A program made the translations under genes and the position numbers. A stretch of DNA of 64,000 nucleotides, taken from contig NC_092674.1 of the NCBI RefSeq assembly GCF_964355755.1, positions 25,544,001 through 25,608,000 on the forward strand, given 5' to 3'. Position 1 is the stretch's first letter, and each line of letters starts with the position of its first letter. The notes under the pieces are model-generated. The model worked only from the letters and a program-made list of their open reading frames with translations, had not been told where the DNA came from and did not search any database. This document shows positions 12,801 to 26,500 of this stretch, one piece after another. This DNA is from Antedon mediterranea. Its lineage: Eukaryota; Animalia; Echinodermata.

Positions 12801-15800
12801 TGATATGGGGACAAACATTCCAACAATGTATACATTTATTATTTAGGCTCTACTAATAAACCCTAGTTTAATAACTAAAGATGAAAACTGTGTTTCCTTT
12901 AAGATATTTTCCACCTTTGTCATATCAATTGTAAAATAATCCAGATGCATAAAAACTCTGTATACACTCTGTCAAACTTTATGTGACAAAACAATTTGAT
13001 GTGCCCATACAGTATATGGACATGATGCTGTCATACCACCACCATATTTGGACATGTCACCACAATATTTGGGCACACCACCCTTTTTTTGTCAAACTAG
13101 TTTGATAGTGTAGACAGAGCTTAACAATGATTTTATTAGCATTAGTATGTTTTCATAGTCTGGTTTGGCAAGCTTTCATAAATAATTCTTATATTTTTAG
13201 AACTTCTGTAAAAGGTGAAAAATACAATCACATAAGATTCAGGAGGAGTTTTTAAAACACAGAGGTGTTCGTAGCATACAGTAGGGTCTCAAATATGAAC
13301 CTATCTTTGGGTGCTACATTACTTCGTAAGTTCTCTCGTAAAACAAACTACAGTAATTTTACCTGGTGCCCAAGATATAGAATAAATTACACCTTCATTG
13401 CCGTGCGACGCAAACTCGCATTTCATCGTGTTGACATCCCATACTTTTATCGTGCCATCAAACGATGCCGTCGCCAATAAGTCTGCATTGTCTGGCTTAA
13501 ATTGACATTCAAATATCGTCTCGACATGTCCCTGAATTTTAATTTGTTTACACAAAATTATCTTACATAATTCATAAGTAAAAAATCAATAATACATAAA
13601 AAGCAATTTAGAAATGTAATTATGCTATTATTATTATTATTATGGATATTGTAGTTGTTCATATTTTATTGTAATGATAATATGTAACATAATACTTCAT
13701 TAATTATTACCAAGTGGGACTATAATTGGATACTGAAATTATATTGAATTCATTATAACATTATGTCTAAAAGCGGGGGTGGGAATATACTAGAGTATAG
13801 GATTATACATATAATATATATCGGTCATATATGGTAATAGTATATGATAATTTCCACTAGAAGAAATAAGTTGCATAATTATGAATCACATTTTATGGAT
13901 CCGACAAATTCATTCAAAATGTCCGTTCTACCCACAGAATAAAAGGCTTGTTTTTTTTAAAAGACTATTTTAAGCTCTGTCGACACTATCAAAGTTTATG
14001 TGACAAAATAATGTGATGTGCCAATATATGGACATGATAATGATATCATATCACTACCATATTTGGGCATATCACTACCATAATTAGGCACATCACTAGT
14101 TTGATAGTGTAGAGAGAGCTTTACACACCTTGTAAATATGGCAATCTATAGTGTGATTGAAATAAAAAACATTAAAATAGAGTTATTACCATATCTCTCA
14201 AAAAGTCCCAACTTCTCTTTGCAAAATTATAAAGCCCTACGCCACCATCGAGGAACGTACAAAGGGCGTGTCCGGGGGGTAGTGTATATTGCGACGAGGT
14301 ATCAACTGGTGTGTTAGTATCTAGTGCTTTACTCGTTGATGATATAAAGCCTGTTGTTTCCGGATTATCCTCTGAATTTTCTGTTGATGATGCGCTGAAA
14401 ACTCTCAAGCAGTGAAATCCAGTCTTTTTGAGGTTTATACTACTGATAGGGGCAGGGTTAGAAACTGTCCAGAAACGAATAATTCCATGGTGAGAATCTA
14501 GATTAAAAAACAAAAATAAAGTCTTAATAAAACTAACACTTTGTTTAAAATATAATTGATGGTGTTTGCCCTACTTTAATATAATTGTGTATGTATATTG
14601 AGAACACGCAAGTAATTATCGGATGGGACTCGAACAGACGACTTCCAGATTACTAGCCTGGCATTCATACCTCTAAACCACCGAGCTTGCGCTGATGGTT
14701 AGAAGTAGTTTGGGTTAGGGAGTCAATTGGTAGAACAAAAGCTACTCCACAATTCATTAAAAACAATTATTAACTTAAAATAGTGAGGCCGAGCAGTTGT
14801 AATTGCAATTACATAGCCATACATCGGCAAGGGTTCAAGGCTCACTCGCTCCATGGTTCTGGTGGTAGAACGAGTCTTCTAGTATAATCTAGGCACACAT
14901 CTAGCTCAAGTGCACTTTTAAAGAACCTAGTACATCTTTCGAGACGAGTAGAGGGTTACCCCAGTGTACTACTGTAATACATCACAGCCACTAATCATAG
15001 CAGGGCCCTCTGGGAGGCCAGTCTTTGACTGAAGAGGTCGCACAGTTTAAATAAATAATAACAAACAAAATATATACTTTTACAGATTTTCATAAGAAAC
15101 CATATAAAAATTATTTTACTGCAGTTACTGCAAGAACGTGAATCCATACCTCCTGTTGCAAACATTCCTGGTGCTGTCGGTATCCATGCTAACGTTTGTA
15201 TAGATGTTGCTGAGTTTGGGAGTTGGAAAACCGTAATGACATTGAGTGACTCGCAGTCGATAAGTCGGACACCAGAGTGTATGTGGACAACCAATAGATA
15301 ATCGAGAGATAGTGGATCCCATTCCAAATCCATCACAGGATCATTATCCTCACAACCATCAATGGCTTCAGGTCGTAATACATGTTTACTAGGTCGTTGA
15401 CCTGAAAAAGCAATCAGTATTTTATTAAATGTTACAGTGTCCATTTCATGTAGGAATGATAGGTAGTAAAGCTCTGATTGGTTGTTCAATCCTCACCTAG
15501 TGCTATGGTTGTACACTCGCTGTAGACTATACTCTACTCCCTCAAATAAGACTTGTATATTATTATAAAAATTATAAATTTGTTATTACTAATAATACCC
15601 TTTACGGTTAAATTATTACATTAATTTGAAATCAGGTTTGATATTCCAACTTATAACATGTTTTCATAAAAGCATACGCAAAACCTTGCGAAATTTTGGG
15701 AGAAAACACAGTTGCATGCTATTTGATTACTATGATTGGTCAGTTTAATACCAGGGCAATACACATGTCTGCATTAACATCTCAGGACATCTCGTAACAA

Positions 15801-17169
15801 AAAAAACAGGCCCTTCGTCGGTGTGTTTTTGTCTTCACACTATACAAACTTGGTTACAACTTGTTACTTTTTGCAGGTGTGAAAAGGGTATTACTTTCTG
15901 ATATAAACCACAACAAAATTCTATACCTTTGTTAAATATTGAAATACTGCCATCAGCATGGCCAAATACCATTCTACCGATCTTTTTTGAATGCAACCTA
16001 AACTTAGTGACATCTGAGGTAAAGTTGTGTGTGTCTTTATAGTTAGTAATACTTCCGTTAGTTCTGTAATTCCATATGTATAGAGGCCCACATCCGGACA
16101 CATACGCCACTGTCTCTTTGTCACTGAGCACCCAGCCTACGGAATTGGGCACAGCATTTGTGTTTCCTAAGCACGCTATCACTTTTTGCTTGGCAATGTT
16201 CCAAATGATAACTTGATTGTCTGCCCCTGTGCTTGCAAAGACATCTGGGTCATTTGGGTTCCAGGAGAGGGCTGTGATAGTCTTTTTATGCTCAGACATA
16301 ATAGCTTCCAGTTTGAATTCATTGTAGTGATCCAACTAAAAAGAATAGTGAGAATGCAAATCCATCAACTTTGGACAGAAGGAGTTTGGTAGGTTAAAGA
16401 TGTATTGTCCCTTTGACAATAACTTTGTTTCCAGTCAAGGTTTTCGATCAAAACATATCTCATAATGCAACATGCTTGTTTAGCTACTCTGTATGCATAA
16501 TCATAAAACTTCCTCGCGATCTGTGTGAGAACACCTTCTTAACCGTGACGAGTTATAAACAATCCTAATTACAGTAGCATCATGCATAATGCATACTCGT
16601 GGTTTGAAATCTTTGTTTACTTTCGTTCACAACTATTTTCTAGACCAAACGTATTCAAATTAATTTACCTGTTAATTACGTATACTTGTTGTTTTTGGCT
16701 CGAATTTTCAACTTTTAAAGTGAATAACTTTAATATTACTTTGATATGGCCAATTTAAATTTAGAATATTTTGACCTTCATTTTTTGTGTTTTAAGGGAC
16801 AATACATCAGATTCTTTAAGTAGGCTTCCCTTAAACCATTCTTGGTACTGTAGTTATTGGTCTTAATAGTATTAATAAGAAAAATTCTATACTGATGAAA
16901 ATAATAGATAGATTTAAAACTCTTGAATGATGGTACTGTAGGTAAGTATACCAATGGAGTAAATGGGAAAACTGTAGATTAAGTAGGAAAAAGGGCCAGA
17001 CATTTTGTTCTGTCAATGCATAATTCAAAGCCTAAAAATGTAAATAATTCAATACCTTGTAAATGTATATAGCCAGAGTAGAACAATATGCAAACCTGTT
17101 TCCACTTGCAGCACAGACATCGTTGTTCCACGGCTGACAACCTGCAGCAAGCAGGCCTACTTGTTTCAT
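815..17169 (-). CDS. WDR17: WD repeat-containing protein 17 (multi-exon, 3' end outside window)
   Basis: N-terminus MKQVGLLAAGCQPWNNDVCAASGNRFAYCSTLAIYIYK|LDHYNEFKLEAIMSEHKKTITALSW matches WDR17 as recalled; later WD motifs GHVETIFECQFKPDNADLLATASFDGTIKVWD and YGLTSHYSRPMTLASCSRDSTVRIWS. GT-AG exons (approx.): 17169-17056, 16335-15927, 15401-15150, 14497-14190, 13531-13363, 12457-12366, 11998-11919, 10476-10390, 9000-8836, 8048-7896, 7578-7379, 6841-6708, 6556-6431, 5793-5638, 4209-3979, 3835-3736, 3506-3364, 2610-2499, 1641-1500, 1139-1037, 916-815. Confidence 0.95.
2093..2455. repeat. ~71 bp tandem repeat, about 5 copies
   Basis: Unit TTATCTGAGCCTCTCTTTGCCTGGCTTCATTGGCTTTTATAACTAGCCATACATATTGCTTTTGAAACCCA. 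Confidence 0.93.
4923..5628 (-). mobile_element. Non-autonomous Helitron, about 706 bp
   Basis: Minus strand starts A|TCTACCATAG, ends with hairpin ACCCGTC-CGTAGT-GACGAGT then TCAAATCTAG|T; sits in an AT dinucleotide with no TSD; more CpG-rich than the flanks. Confidence 0.75.
5903..6061 (+). mobile_element. PIF/Harbinger-type MITE, family A
   Basis: TIR AGCTCTGT(C/T)TACACTATCAAAC, TAA on both sides; many copies in the window. Confidence 0.85.
6065..6352 (+). mobile_element. tRNA-derived SINE
   Basis: A-box GTGGCGCAGTG, B-box-like GGTTTGAATCC, core CTCTCTCCACCCAGGTGTACAAATGGGTACC shared with the copy at about 31620, ATT-repeat tail. Confidence 0.75.
7132..7325 (+). mobile_element. Two partial family A MITE copies (another half at about 7652-7726)
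   Basis: CTACACTATC(C/A)AACTTTATGTGACAAAAAAATGTGATGT matches family A. Confidence 0.7.
9045..10190. repeat. 58 bp minisatellite, about 19 copies
   Basis: Unit TGGGAGATAAACAGTRGTCAGGCTATCTTACTTTGCATGTGTGAATCAGGYATAAGAA; period 58 (9121, 9179, 9237). Confidence 0.97.
10477..11262. repeat. 33 bp minisatellite, about 23 copies, abutting a WDR17 exon
   Basis: Unit AAAGAGTGTAATAGTATGCATATTATGCACTGC; source of the repetitive ORFs in the track. Confidence 0.97.
12082..12347 (+). mobile_element. Family A MITE with about 120 bp of extra internal sequence
   Basis: AGCTTTGTCTACACTATCAAAC ... GATAGTGTAGACAGTGCT|TAA. Confidence 0.7.
12616..12773 (+). mobile_element. Family A MITE, intact
   Basis: TAA|AGCTCTGTCTACACTATCAAA ... 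TTTGATAGTGTAGACAGAGCT|TAA; perfect TIR and TSD. Confidence 0.9.
12954..13121 (+). mobile_element. Family A MITE
   Basis: Right TIR GTTTGATAGTGTAGACAGAGCT|TAA intact, left degenerate. Confidence 0.82.
13973..14120 (+). mobile_element. Family A MITE
   Basis: TTA|AGCTCTGTCGACACTATCAAA ... TTTGATAGTGTAGAGAGAGCT|TTA. Confidence 0.87.
14610..14692 (-). mobile_element. tRNA-like SINE head fragment
   Basis: Minus strand GCAAGCTCGGTGGTTTAGAGG...GTTCGAGTCCC has A/B boxes; no clean cloverleaf. Confidence 0.5.
16398..16815. mobile_element. TTAA-target non-autonomous DNA transposon (Kolobok-like)
   Basis: TTAA|AGATGTATTGTCCC ... GGGACAATACATC(agat)TCT|TTAA; related termini at about 3290-3308, 32278-32297 and 63952-64000. 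Confidence 0.7.
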
Positions 17170-17699
17170 AATGAACTTTCAATCTTTAAAAAATATACAG
17201 AATACAAACATTTTAGGCCTAGTTTACTCTTCAACAAGATATGCAAAAAGGATAAAAAAAAAAGGATATTTTGTACAATTCAATCTGAATCAAGTAACTT
17301 TTCTTTACCTAGAAAATGGTCTTCAGACTCAGTACCTCTCCTTCTCAGTCAAGTCAGGGATTCCCCTTCTCAAAGTACAGTACTGTGTACCTGCTTGGAA
17401 TCGTGCATTATACCTGGTTGGTAGAATCTAAAATGCCATGCCACCGATCGTCTGTCACCGATACTGATCATAGTAGTATATTATTACTCTAGCCTATACA
17501 AATGCTAACATAACTAGGCCTAGGCTAGGTCTGCTCTGGGCCTCTAGCTAAAAAGCTAGGCCTCACGGCAAGGCTAAGTTCCAACAGCAGTAGGCCTACC
17601 CTAGCTAGCTAGCTAGCTAGCTAGGCTAGGCTAGTATATGGCTAGGCCTAGGCCTAGCTCGGTACTAGGCCTAGGCTAGTTAGGGCCGGGACTAGCTAG

Positions 17700-19225
17700 G
17701 GATGCTAGTCAAGTCGCCATATCGCAAAGTCGCCCCATACAAAGTCGCCCAATACAAAGTCGCCCCATCGCAAAGTCGCCCCAAAACAGTCGCCCCATCG
17801 CAAAGTCGCCCCATCGCAAAGTCGCCCCAACGCAAAGTCGCCCCAACGCAAAGTCGCCCCATCGCAAAGTCGCCCCAACACAAAGTCGCCCCATCGCAAA
17901 GTCGCCCCAAAACGTTAAAATAGTTTACAAGTGCGTAAAATGTCGCAATGATACACAAAATAACACGGCATAAAATGGGAAGCCCCGCCATGTATTCTCA
18001 GGTTACACGATCGGCACGCTCCCCCATCATCATCATCATCCGCGGTCGCACTGAACTCACCAGAGGAAAACCCCCATCTGAAGATGGGGAAACCCCACCG
18101 GAGTTTTACGATGATATCAGTCGCGTCGCGTTTGAAATCGGTCGTGTTTAATTTTGGTCGCAATAAAATGATGTTACGATCTAGATTATTTTACTTTGGT
18201 CGATGAATATTTATTATTATTATTAGGGCTATATTAATAATTGATTTTTTTTTAATTTTACAGGTTTATGATGAGAAAGATGTGTGCCTTAAAAAATGAC
18301 AATTTTGAATAAAAGGCGACTTGCAATCTGAAACCAATCGGAGCTGCGCCTTTCTGGTACCTGTTTTCTCACAGCTGCTACGTCTTTCTGCTGACCATCG
18401 GCCGGGGATTCCCCTTTTTAAAAACACGCACACGATACTCTACGATGGTTTTTCCATGGTAAAAATGTAGCGTTTTAATTTTGCTAAAATGCCTGCATAT
18501 ATAAAAAGTCATTTTGAAAAGTCATAATAAAATTAAATAACAATAGACACAACTTGTCAATAAATGCAAAATGATCAATAAGTAGCCTATAACACTCATT
18601 GTGTCACGTCACTCTTACAACGCTGTTATTGTTTTAACCATAGAGATATTATACTATAATATCTCTATGTTTTAACTAATCTATACGAAGGCCTACTACA
18701 CATTTATACATTTATTATATTATCCTAAAAAATGAGCTGGTATCAACGCGTAGGTTGAAGAAAGATTCATAATTGTGGCTCTGGTAACTAATTTTAAAAT
18801 CATATTAAATGAACATTTTTGAAACTATAAATCAGGGATAATCTTTTTAGAACTTTCAAACATGGAACTATTTTTTTAATGATTTTTAAAAAGCACATCA
18901 CTCCATTAAAACCTGTAAAATAAAAATTAAACCACAAATTATGTATATAATAGGATAAACATTATGTATACGAATACGACATTTAGCGCGACCAAAGTAA
19001 CAACGCGATCAATCAAACGCAACCGATATGATTAAAACAGCGTACTAACTACCAAAATAAAACCGTGGGCGACTTTGCGATGGGGCGACTTTGTGATGGA
19101 GCGACTTTGCGATGGGGCGACTGTGCCGGGGCGACTTTGTTATGGGGCGACTTTGCGATGGGGCGACTTTGTATTGGGCGACTTTGTATGGGGCGACTTT
19201 GCGATGGGGCGACTTGACTGGATCC
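17700..19225. mobile_element. 1.5 kb non-autonomous TIR element (MULE/foldback-like) with subterminal AAAGTCGCCCC arrays
   Basis: Left GGATGCTAGTCAAGTCGCC, right GGCGACTTGACTGGATCC; flanks ACTAGCTAG (17691-99) and CCTAGCTAG (19226-34); about 12 left and about 9 inverted right repeat units; further inverted similarity 18110-18180 vs 18970-19030. Confidence 0.85.
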
Positions 19226-19381
19226 CCTAGCTAGTAGGCTTAGGTAGATGTCTAATCTAACTGTGCTGCCTCCTTAACTCACAAACCTACTAGCTAGACG
19301 GTCAACTTTGTTCGTAAACACATAAAAATACCAATGTTGTTCAATTTCGAATAATATTTTAGTTATTTTCTTTTTACTTAC

Positions 19382-20567
19382 TGTTTATTATCACAACTAC
19401 ATCGTCGGCATCATCGCGGCAGCAGCTAGCACATTCCCCCTCCTCTAGGATTTTATGAGACAAAAGAGGGCGTTGTATTATGTGTATATTATATTATGCA
19501 GTGGTTGTGGGTACATTACCATTACATGGACCTATCTATTATTTAGGTCCATGATATACTAGTATACTTATACTCCATTGGTACTTAATTATTATTATTA
19601 CTTCATAATATTACTTGTCATTTAGTGGTTTTCTTATGAAGCTGTATGAACAATTTGATATTAATATTAAACAAAATAACATCAGCCAAAACATCTGAGC
19701 ATAGAAAAAACGCGGTTTTTATTAAATGTATTTATTTTACGCTTAAGCCTACCTCACCCCACCCAGGGGCGTACTTTGACATAACTAATCTCTAAAGTAT
19801 AGTTTTCAATAATGTCCGGGCACATTGTTTGCATTCTGTTTCTTTCAAAAGACGAACAAAAGGAGAAAAGTCCCGAGAGGATAAAAGTGACGATCCGTCC
19901 TACCGTACCACTACTTTATTCGTCAGAGTCTATAAAAAGAAAGGTTGATTTCCATGGAATTGTTAGTGTATATCCTATTCAATAAAACGAGATACCATAA
20001 CTAGGTTTTCCATCTAATAATCCCAAACGTACTCGGCCTATTAGTATGTCTTTGTTGTATTTTTATTTTGTTAATTTGCTTAGACGCCCTAAAACATTTT
20101 TAATATAAGACCAGTAGTCCTCACACCAATTAGTTCTTAGCGATCTCGGTTATTCGGCGGGGAAAATATTGAATATTTATTGTCTGTTTATCATAATACA
20201 GCTGGCTGCCAATCCCATCCACTCAAGTTTTGTGGCTTGGAAATTCCCACAGATATATTTATAGTGAGTACTAATTTACAGCATCAGATTTTTAGAAGCA
20301 TACATTAATTAGTCGTATACTTACGTGTATGGTACTGTGTCGTACGTAGACATATAGGCCTAATGTTGATCAATACAAAAATACTCTTCAAGTAAAACTA
20401 AGTAAACGTGGTCAGAATCACACTTATGGCAAAGTCTTATGGATTGATACGTAGTATTGTACACACACACTGTGCAGACCAGCTATTTGTCACGACGAAT
20501 TGTTTAATGTAATAGCCTACGTCGGCGGATAAATTGTGGCCTATTTTGGATTATCGTTTCCAACAAC
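19382..20567. promoter_or_regulatory. Probable divergent promoter region of WDR17 and the TNFR-like gene
   Basis: Minus-strand donor AAACA|GTAAGT at 19381 after a CpG-containing segment (putative non-coding exon 1; another UTR exon about 17427-17310); TNFR ATG at 20568. Inference. Confidence 0.4.
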
Positions 20568-23500
20568 ATGATAAGGTCATTTTTATACATTATTTGGTGG
20601 CAACTAGGCCTACATATCTCAAAGGTAAGTAGTTTCTTTAGTGTTTTATTATAGCCTATAATAAGTAGTACTTTATGTCCCTCATTACCACTTCTGTTAA
20701 TTATTATTAATAAAGAGTTCTGGCAATAAAAAAAAAAGGTAATAATTAGTATCATATATTAAGCACCGTACCCGCTTTTATTAATTTTATCGATCATTTA
20801 TTTTTGCTTGTAAAACTCCCTGCCCCTGATAAACAAAAAAAAAGTGATTAAAAAAATCTCCATAGCAAGAATTACACGTAGGTTAAGAGTTGAGAGTTTA
20901 AACTTTGATACTCATGCATCCCTTCAGATAATATCCAGAGAGAGAACATATATACAAAAATAAATGTATTCTAAATATAATTTATAGGAATGATTTCACA
21001 CTTCATCCTATGGTAGGCCTACAACTTTTTAACGATTATTGATTGTTCTATTTATACATTATCATTAGAATCGATTCGTTTTTTAAGCTATGCATAGAGT
21101 TTCTCCAATATTTATTCACAAAGGGAAAGTATTCCATTATTGCTCAACAAACATCATGCTTCTACCCTAACAATTTCCGTGGAGCATTATTAACTTGTTG
21201 TGGGGACTGGGAAGAATTTGCACACAGATGTAGCATAATCGGTTTTGTACATCGACTGGATGGGTATGAAATTGCCATTACCTCAAACGTGATGCAACAC
21301 ACTTAGCTATTTTACGATCTATCAAACTTTATGTGACCAAAACATGTGACGTGCCTATAATATGGAAAAGATGATGTCATATCAATACCGTATTTGGATT
21401 TAGCTTGGTTCCCACTCGAAACGCAAGGACGTAAGAAGCGCAACACAGGCGAGTTGACCAATGACAAGTGGCAGAATAATCCATCTTTTGTTTATTCAAT
21501 ATTTGCGCTGCGCTTACGTCCAAGCTTGCGTTACGTCCTAGGAACCAAGTTAGGCTTGGTTCTAGGTACCAACGAAGTGACTATCATAATTATGATTGGT
21601 CGAATCAAATAAAACGTTGTGCTTTACGATCTTTAACTACATTAATAATTATTATATCACTCAGAGAAATGCATATCGACTTATGCACTTTCAGTGTCCC
21701 GACTCAATAATGTTATTTTATATATTATTAGAATTACGTGAATTGTGATGTACGAGTAGTGGCTGATTGTCCAAGGATCAACCAAGAACCTTACTTTAGG
21801 AGACAAAATGGTACTGCACACGGGCCATGCGTAAAGTGTGCGTCGTGTCCGCCCGGGTACGGCGTGCTTAGCAGGTGTACATTATACAATGATACAAGTA
21901 AGCAATGACAATGATGATGATGATATTGATGATGATGATGATGATGATATTGATGATGATGAGGATGATGATGATGAAGGTAATGACGATGTGATGATGA
22001 TGATGTGATAACGGTGATGATTAAGATGTTGTTGATGATGATGATGATGATGACAACGATGTTGATGATGATGATGATGACAACGACGACGATGTTGTTG
22101 TTGATGATGATGATGTGATGATGATGACGAAAAATAAAACGATTTCTGATGTGGATCAAAGAGCGATCAAAACTGACCCAATTGATTTTTTACAATGAAC
22201 GAAAAATCAATATTAAGTGACAATGAATGAAGGACGAATTGCAAATACTAGCGACTGTGACAATGATGACGTCAACAACGAAAAGAAATCTGATAATTGG
22301 TTAAAACAGAAACCATAACAAGTAGGCAAATTTTCATTATAATGTGTCTCTTTCATCTGCTCAACTCTTTGTTTGGCAGTGAGCCAGGTACATTCGTCGT
22401 ATTCCTCTGGTATTGAAGAATATAAAGCTCTGTCCACACTATCAAACCATAGACCTATAATAGGTCTATGATCAAACTATAGTGTGATGTGCCCAAATAT
22501 ATCATCGTGTCCATATATGGGCACATCACATAAATGTTGTTGATAGTGTAGACAGAGCCTTAAATGCATGTGGTTTATTATATGTTGATTAGTTCCGCCT
22601 ATAATTATTTTGAAATCTAAACTTAGAGTATATGCCATTATTATTGGATTGTATAGGCCTACAGACAATGGGAATGAAGACGGGAAATTCCAAAATCAGT
22701 ATTAATAAACATTGATTTATCGTTTGGTGACTAAGTTCAGCAGCCTCGTTGCTGATGAAATATTAAAACATTAATAATTCAACAGCAGCAAGTATACATT
22801 AAATATGCACAAACAAATAATTATGCAATATTATTAATTAACAGAATTATTTATTTTGTTATCCGCCCACAAATAAATTTAGACATATTTTCAATTAAAA
22901 TAATAGTTCCGGAATATATAATATAGGCCTATTATATTAATGGAACTTATACTGATGGTAAATTATAAAACAGCTGGTTCCAACTCATCATCGCATAATA
23001 TAATAACTCAAACAGAAAGTGGTAGGTCTATATTCTTTTTTTTTGTTATACGCACAGAAAAAAAAATTGCCATATTTATTATTTTTATTAAAAAATAATA
23101 TTTCCGGAATATTATGTTAATGAACTTTTATACTGATGGTAAATTATAAAACAGCTGGTTCCAACTCATCAAATAATAATAGTAACTCAAACTTAACAGA
23201 AAGTGGTACAATTTCATTCTTGTGATAAATTTACTTTTCTCGTTTTAGTATCATACCATTTATCATTTTCAATTTCGACATCAACACATTTTCTAAACGG
23301 AATTTTTTAATTTCAATTTTTAATATAATAGGCCCTACTGAAAAGTGAGTGAGTGCACACAAAAGTCGATCAACACCAACTGAACGATCTGTTCTGCTAT
23401 ATAAGCATAATAACATTAAATCTTCTGGTGCTAATTGTATTATTTTCAAGTCGATTTGATAAACGGTAGGAACAGAATTGATCTCGACTGTGCGCACGTA

Positions 23501-26500
23501 GGCCTACAAACAATAGTTTATAGCGAGTTGGTTCGCATCCCGACTTCCGATGCCAAGCGCATACGCGGTGCTCTAATGCTTTGGTCTCTCACTATAGGAC
23601 GCAACGCAAGGACGTAAGCGCAACGCAAGCGAGTTGACCAATGACAAGCGCCAGTTCGAATAATATATCGTATTTGATTGGTCAAATTACTTCGCCCTTA
23701 CGTTGCGTCCTATAGAAACCAAGCTTAAGAACGAATATTATCTTGTTATAACCGAATTGTTTAACAACGCCATTTTTAATATAGTTTCTATGTCTAGCTC
23801 TATTACAACATAACTAGAATTACTTGGGATCTGAGACTGGAAGGAAATACTTCATGCGCATACAGGATGTTGATCTAATAAATGCCTCGTATCTATATAT
23901 AAATTTACGTAAGGGCAAAATTCGGTAAATCGTGCGTTATAGGCCTACTTGAATGTTTACTCGATGGTATATAAAGTTGGTTCGTACTTTCGGTACTAAT
24001 TTTAACCACCTGATGTAACCCTGTTTACTAATTCATTTTTCATTTCATTTATCTTTTTATTTCGGAATATCATGGTGACATAATATTATATCCATAGCAA
24101 AAGAGAGAAAAAAAATTCTTAATCTAACAGCTCATAGAACAAAAACAAAGATATGTAAATATATAAAGTCAATGCAACAAAGCATTCCATTGTATGTGCA
24201 TTCTTGATACATTAAGAACGTGGCGATTAATGACCATGATCAAGGAATTACTACTTGCGTTCACACGATTTTTAAAACTAAAAACAGATTTTCTAATGAA
24301 CTCATCAAAGGATGGGACGTCATTTAAGACAAACATCATGCTTGCACTACAATGTCTAGGCTGCTTCAGCAGCAAACGTAAGGCATTGTTATAACATCTT
24401 TCAGTGATCTCAGAGTGCTCTTATTATAACTACACCATAAGGTTGAACAGTACATGCTGACACATTTAGTCTTAGTAGAACATTTTCCAAACTTTCTATT
24501 TAGAGAGTTGGCCCTAATGCAAATAGATCGATATTGACGTTTGATGTCACTTTCATCACTCAGGTTATTACTGATCACATGACTAAGATAGGTTATTGAA
24601 TTATCAACGATTAGAGGTGCCCCATTTAAGGTAATATGTGGAACACCTTTGAGGTTGCGGACTTTCGGGCAAAATAGCAAGCATTTGGATTTGGTTTCAT
24701 TAAAAGTAATATCATGGTCACTAGCAAAACCTTCACAGAATTAGGCTTTGTAAGCCAATCACTGACGGAGCCAAAAGGACCAAGTCATCGGCAAAGCTTA
24801 GGCAATTCAGTTTAAGACTGTTAATATCACAACCTTCTTTTGACTTAGTCAGTTCAACAGTTAACGGATCAGTGTACACATTGAGTTAGATAATTAGTTA
24901 TTGAAAACACATAATATACAAATAAACTTTATTAGCCGTATTGACAGTTGCTTCTCAACGTTTGTATTAATTAATAATTACAATATAAATGTGGTAGTGG
25001 TGTATCGTTACATGTACTTTACTATTTTAATAGACAGTTTTAACAATTAAGTATTTCAAATCGCAAATGTTTTACTGTATTTAACAGTATAATATTTATA
25101 GGCCTATAAAACATGAGTACTGAGTGGATAAAGAATATATTTAAAAATCGTTCCTCTTTGTATCTATCGTTTTCCCCATCCCTCAACCCTAATGTTACAT
25201 ACAAAACACAAATTCGGTTTGTTTAAATGAGATCAACAATTTACTCATTTTGTGACAAGTTTCTCTTTTGAAAGTAATTCCCATGGTGCTAATTGACTCA
25301 TAAATCATCGTATCTATCTATTCGTTTCGGTTAACGATATGTATTATAGTCCTGCGGTACGTACATTTGAAATCGCCAGTTTTTTACGTTAAAATGTCTG
25401 TGTATTCGGGAACCATCTGTGGGCGGCGTCGTGCGAAACGAAGCGATTATGGAATGTTAATGTTGCATTGTGATATTTGACAACATCCGTGAATTACACC
25501 TTCAGTAGATATTTAGGCCTATAACATTATTATAGGCTACCTTCTTGCTTCACCGTAGTAAAAATGATTAAATCGGATATTTTTCTTATTATTGTTGTTT
25601 GATGATCCTTGATCCCTACTCGACACTCGACTGCGACGTAGGCCACTGTACACATTTTATTCGAAGTTGATCAAATTCGCGTATATTTGACGTTAAATAC
25701 ATTTTAACGGAAAGAGAATACTGTCGAGAAATAAATAAATAAATTATAACTGAAGAAGATAAATTATAAGCAAACCTAAATCCACGTGGAAAAAAGTAGG
25801 TAGTAGCCCGGCTCAGACTCGAACTTGGAAAACACTGCAGTTCATACGCAGCTTATCACTGAACTTATGGTGTATACATTTTTAACGGGAGACTGAAACT
25901 ACACTAGCGAAGTTTGTCAACTAGTCTAGAGTTTGTCAAAAGAAAGTTTTGCTAGTGTAGACCACTTGACAAAACTTCAACAAACTTCAGTTTGCAGAAG
26001 CCTCACTGCGGCAAACTCTAAGTTTTTAGATTTGGCAATCAATTCGGCAATATTAAAGCCTGATGTGTTCTTTTTTTCCCTTTTACTATAGTTTGCACTC
26101 CATGTAGATACAGCATGTACTCAAGTACCAATAGTGCGTACGACAGGTGTACACCATGCATCAGATGCGACGCGCCTCGACCCACAACGCGTACGTGTTC
26201 AAGTACACATAATGCACATTGTGGTGAATGTCCACAAGGTAAGAAACGCTCAAGATTATATATAACCTCTACATGTGCGTCTAACACTCGCGAATTATCC
26301 AAATTTTTTCAACTAATCTACAAATCAAACTTTTGAAAACTTTTCTTGAATAACTCAGAGTTTCCAAAAAATGTTGCCAGTGTAAGACTTGTCTACACTT
26401 TGCAAACTTAAGCAAACTATGAGTTCGAAAACACACGTTTCCAAAGTTTGATGGAGTATAAAACCAGTGTAGACCAGTTGAAACTGGTTTTCTTCAGTTT

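Noticed and set aside
17692-17991. CRISPR-like short repeats and repetitive ORFs
   Set aside because: Units are 16-17 bp with no unique spacers, mirrored in inverted form at 19066-19220; transposon subterminal repeats; no cas genes; eukaryotic context.
21791-22159. His/Ile-rich ORF
   Set aside because: (GAT)n microsatellite translation.
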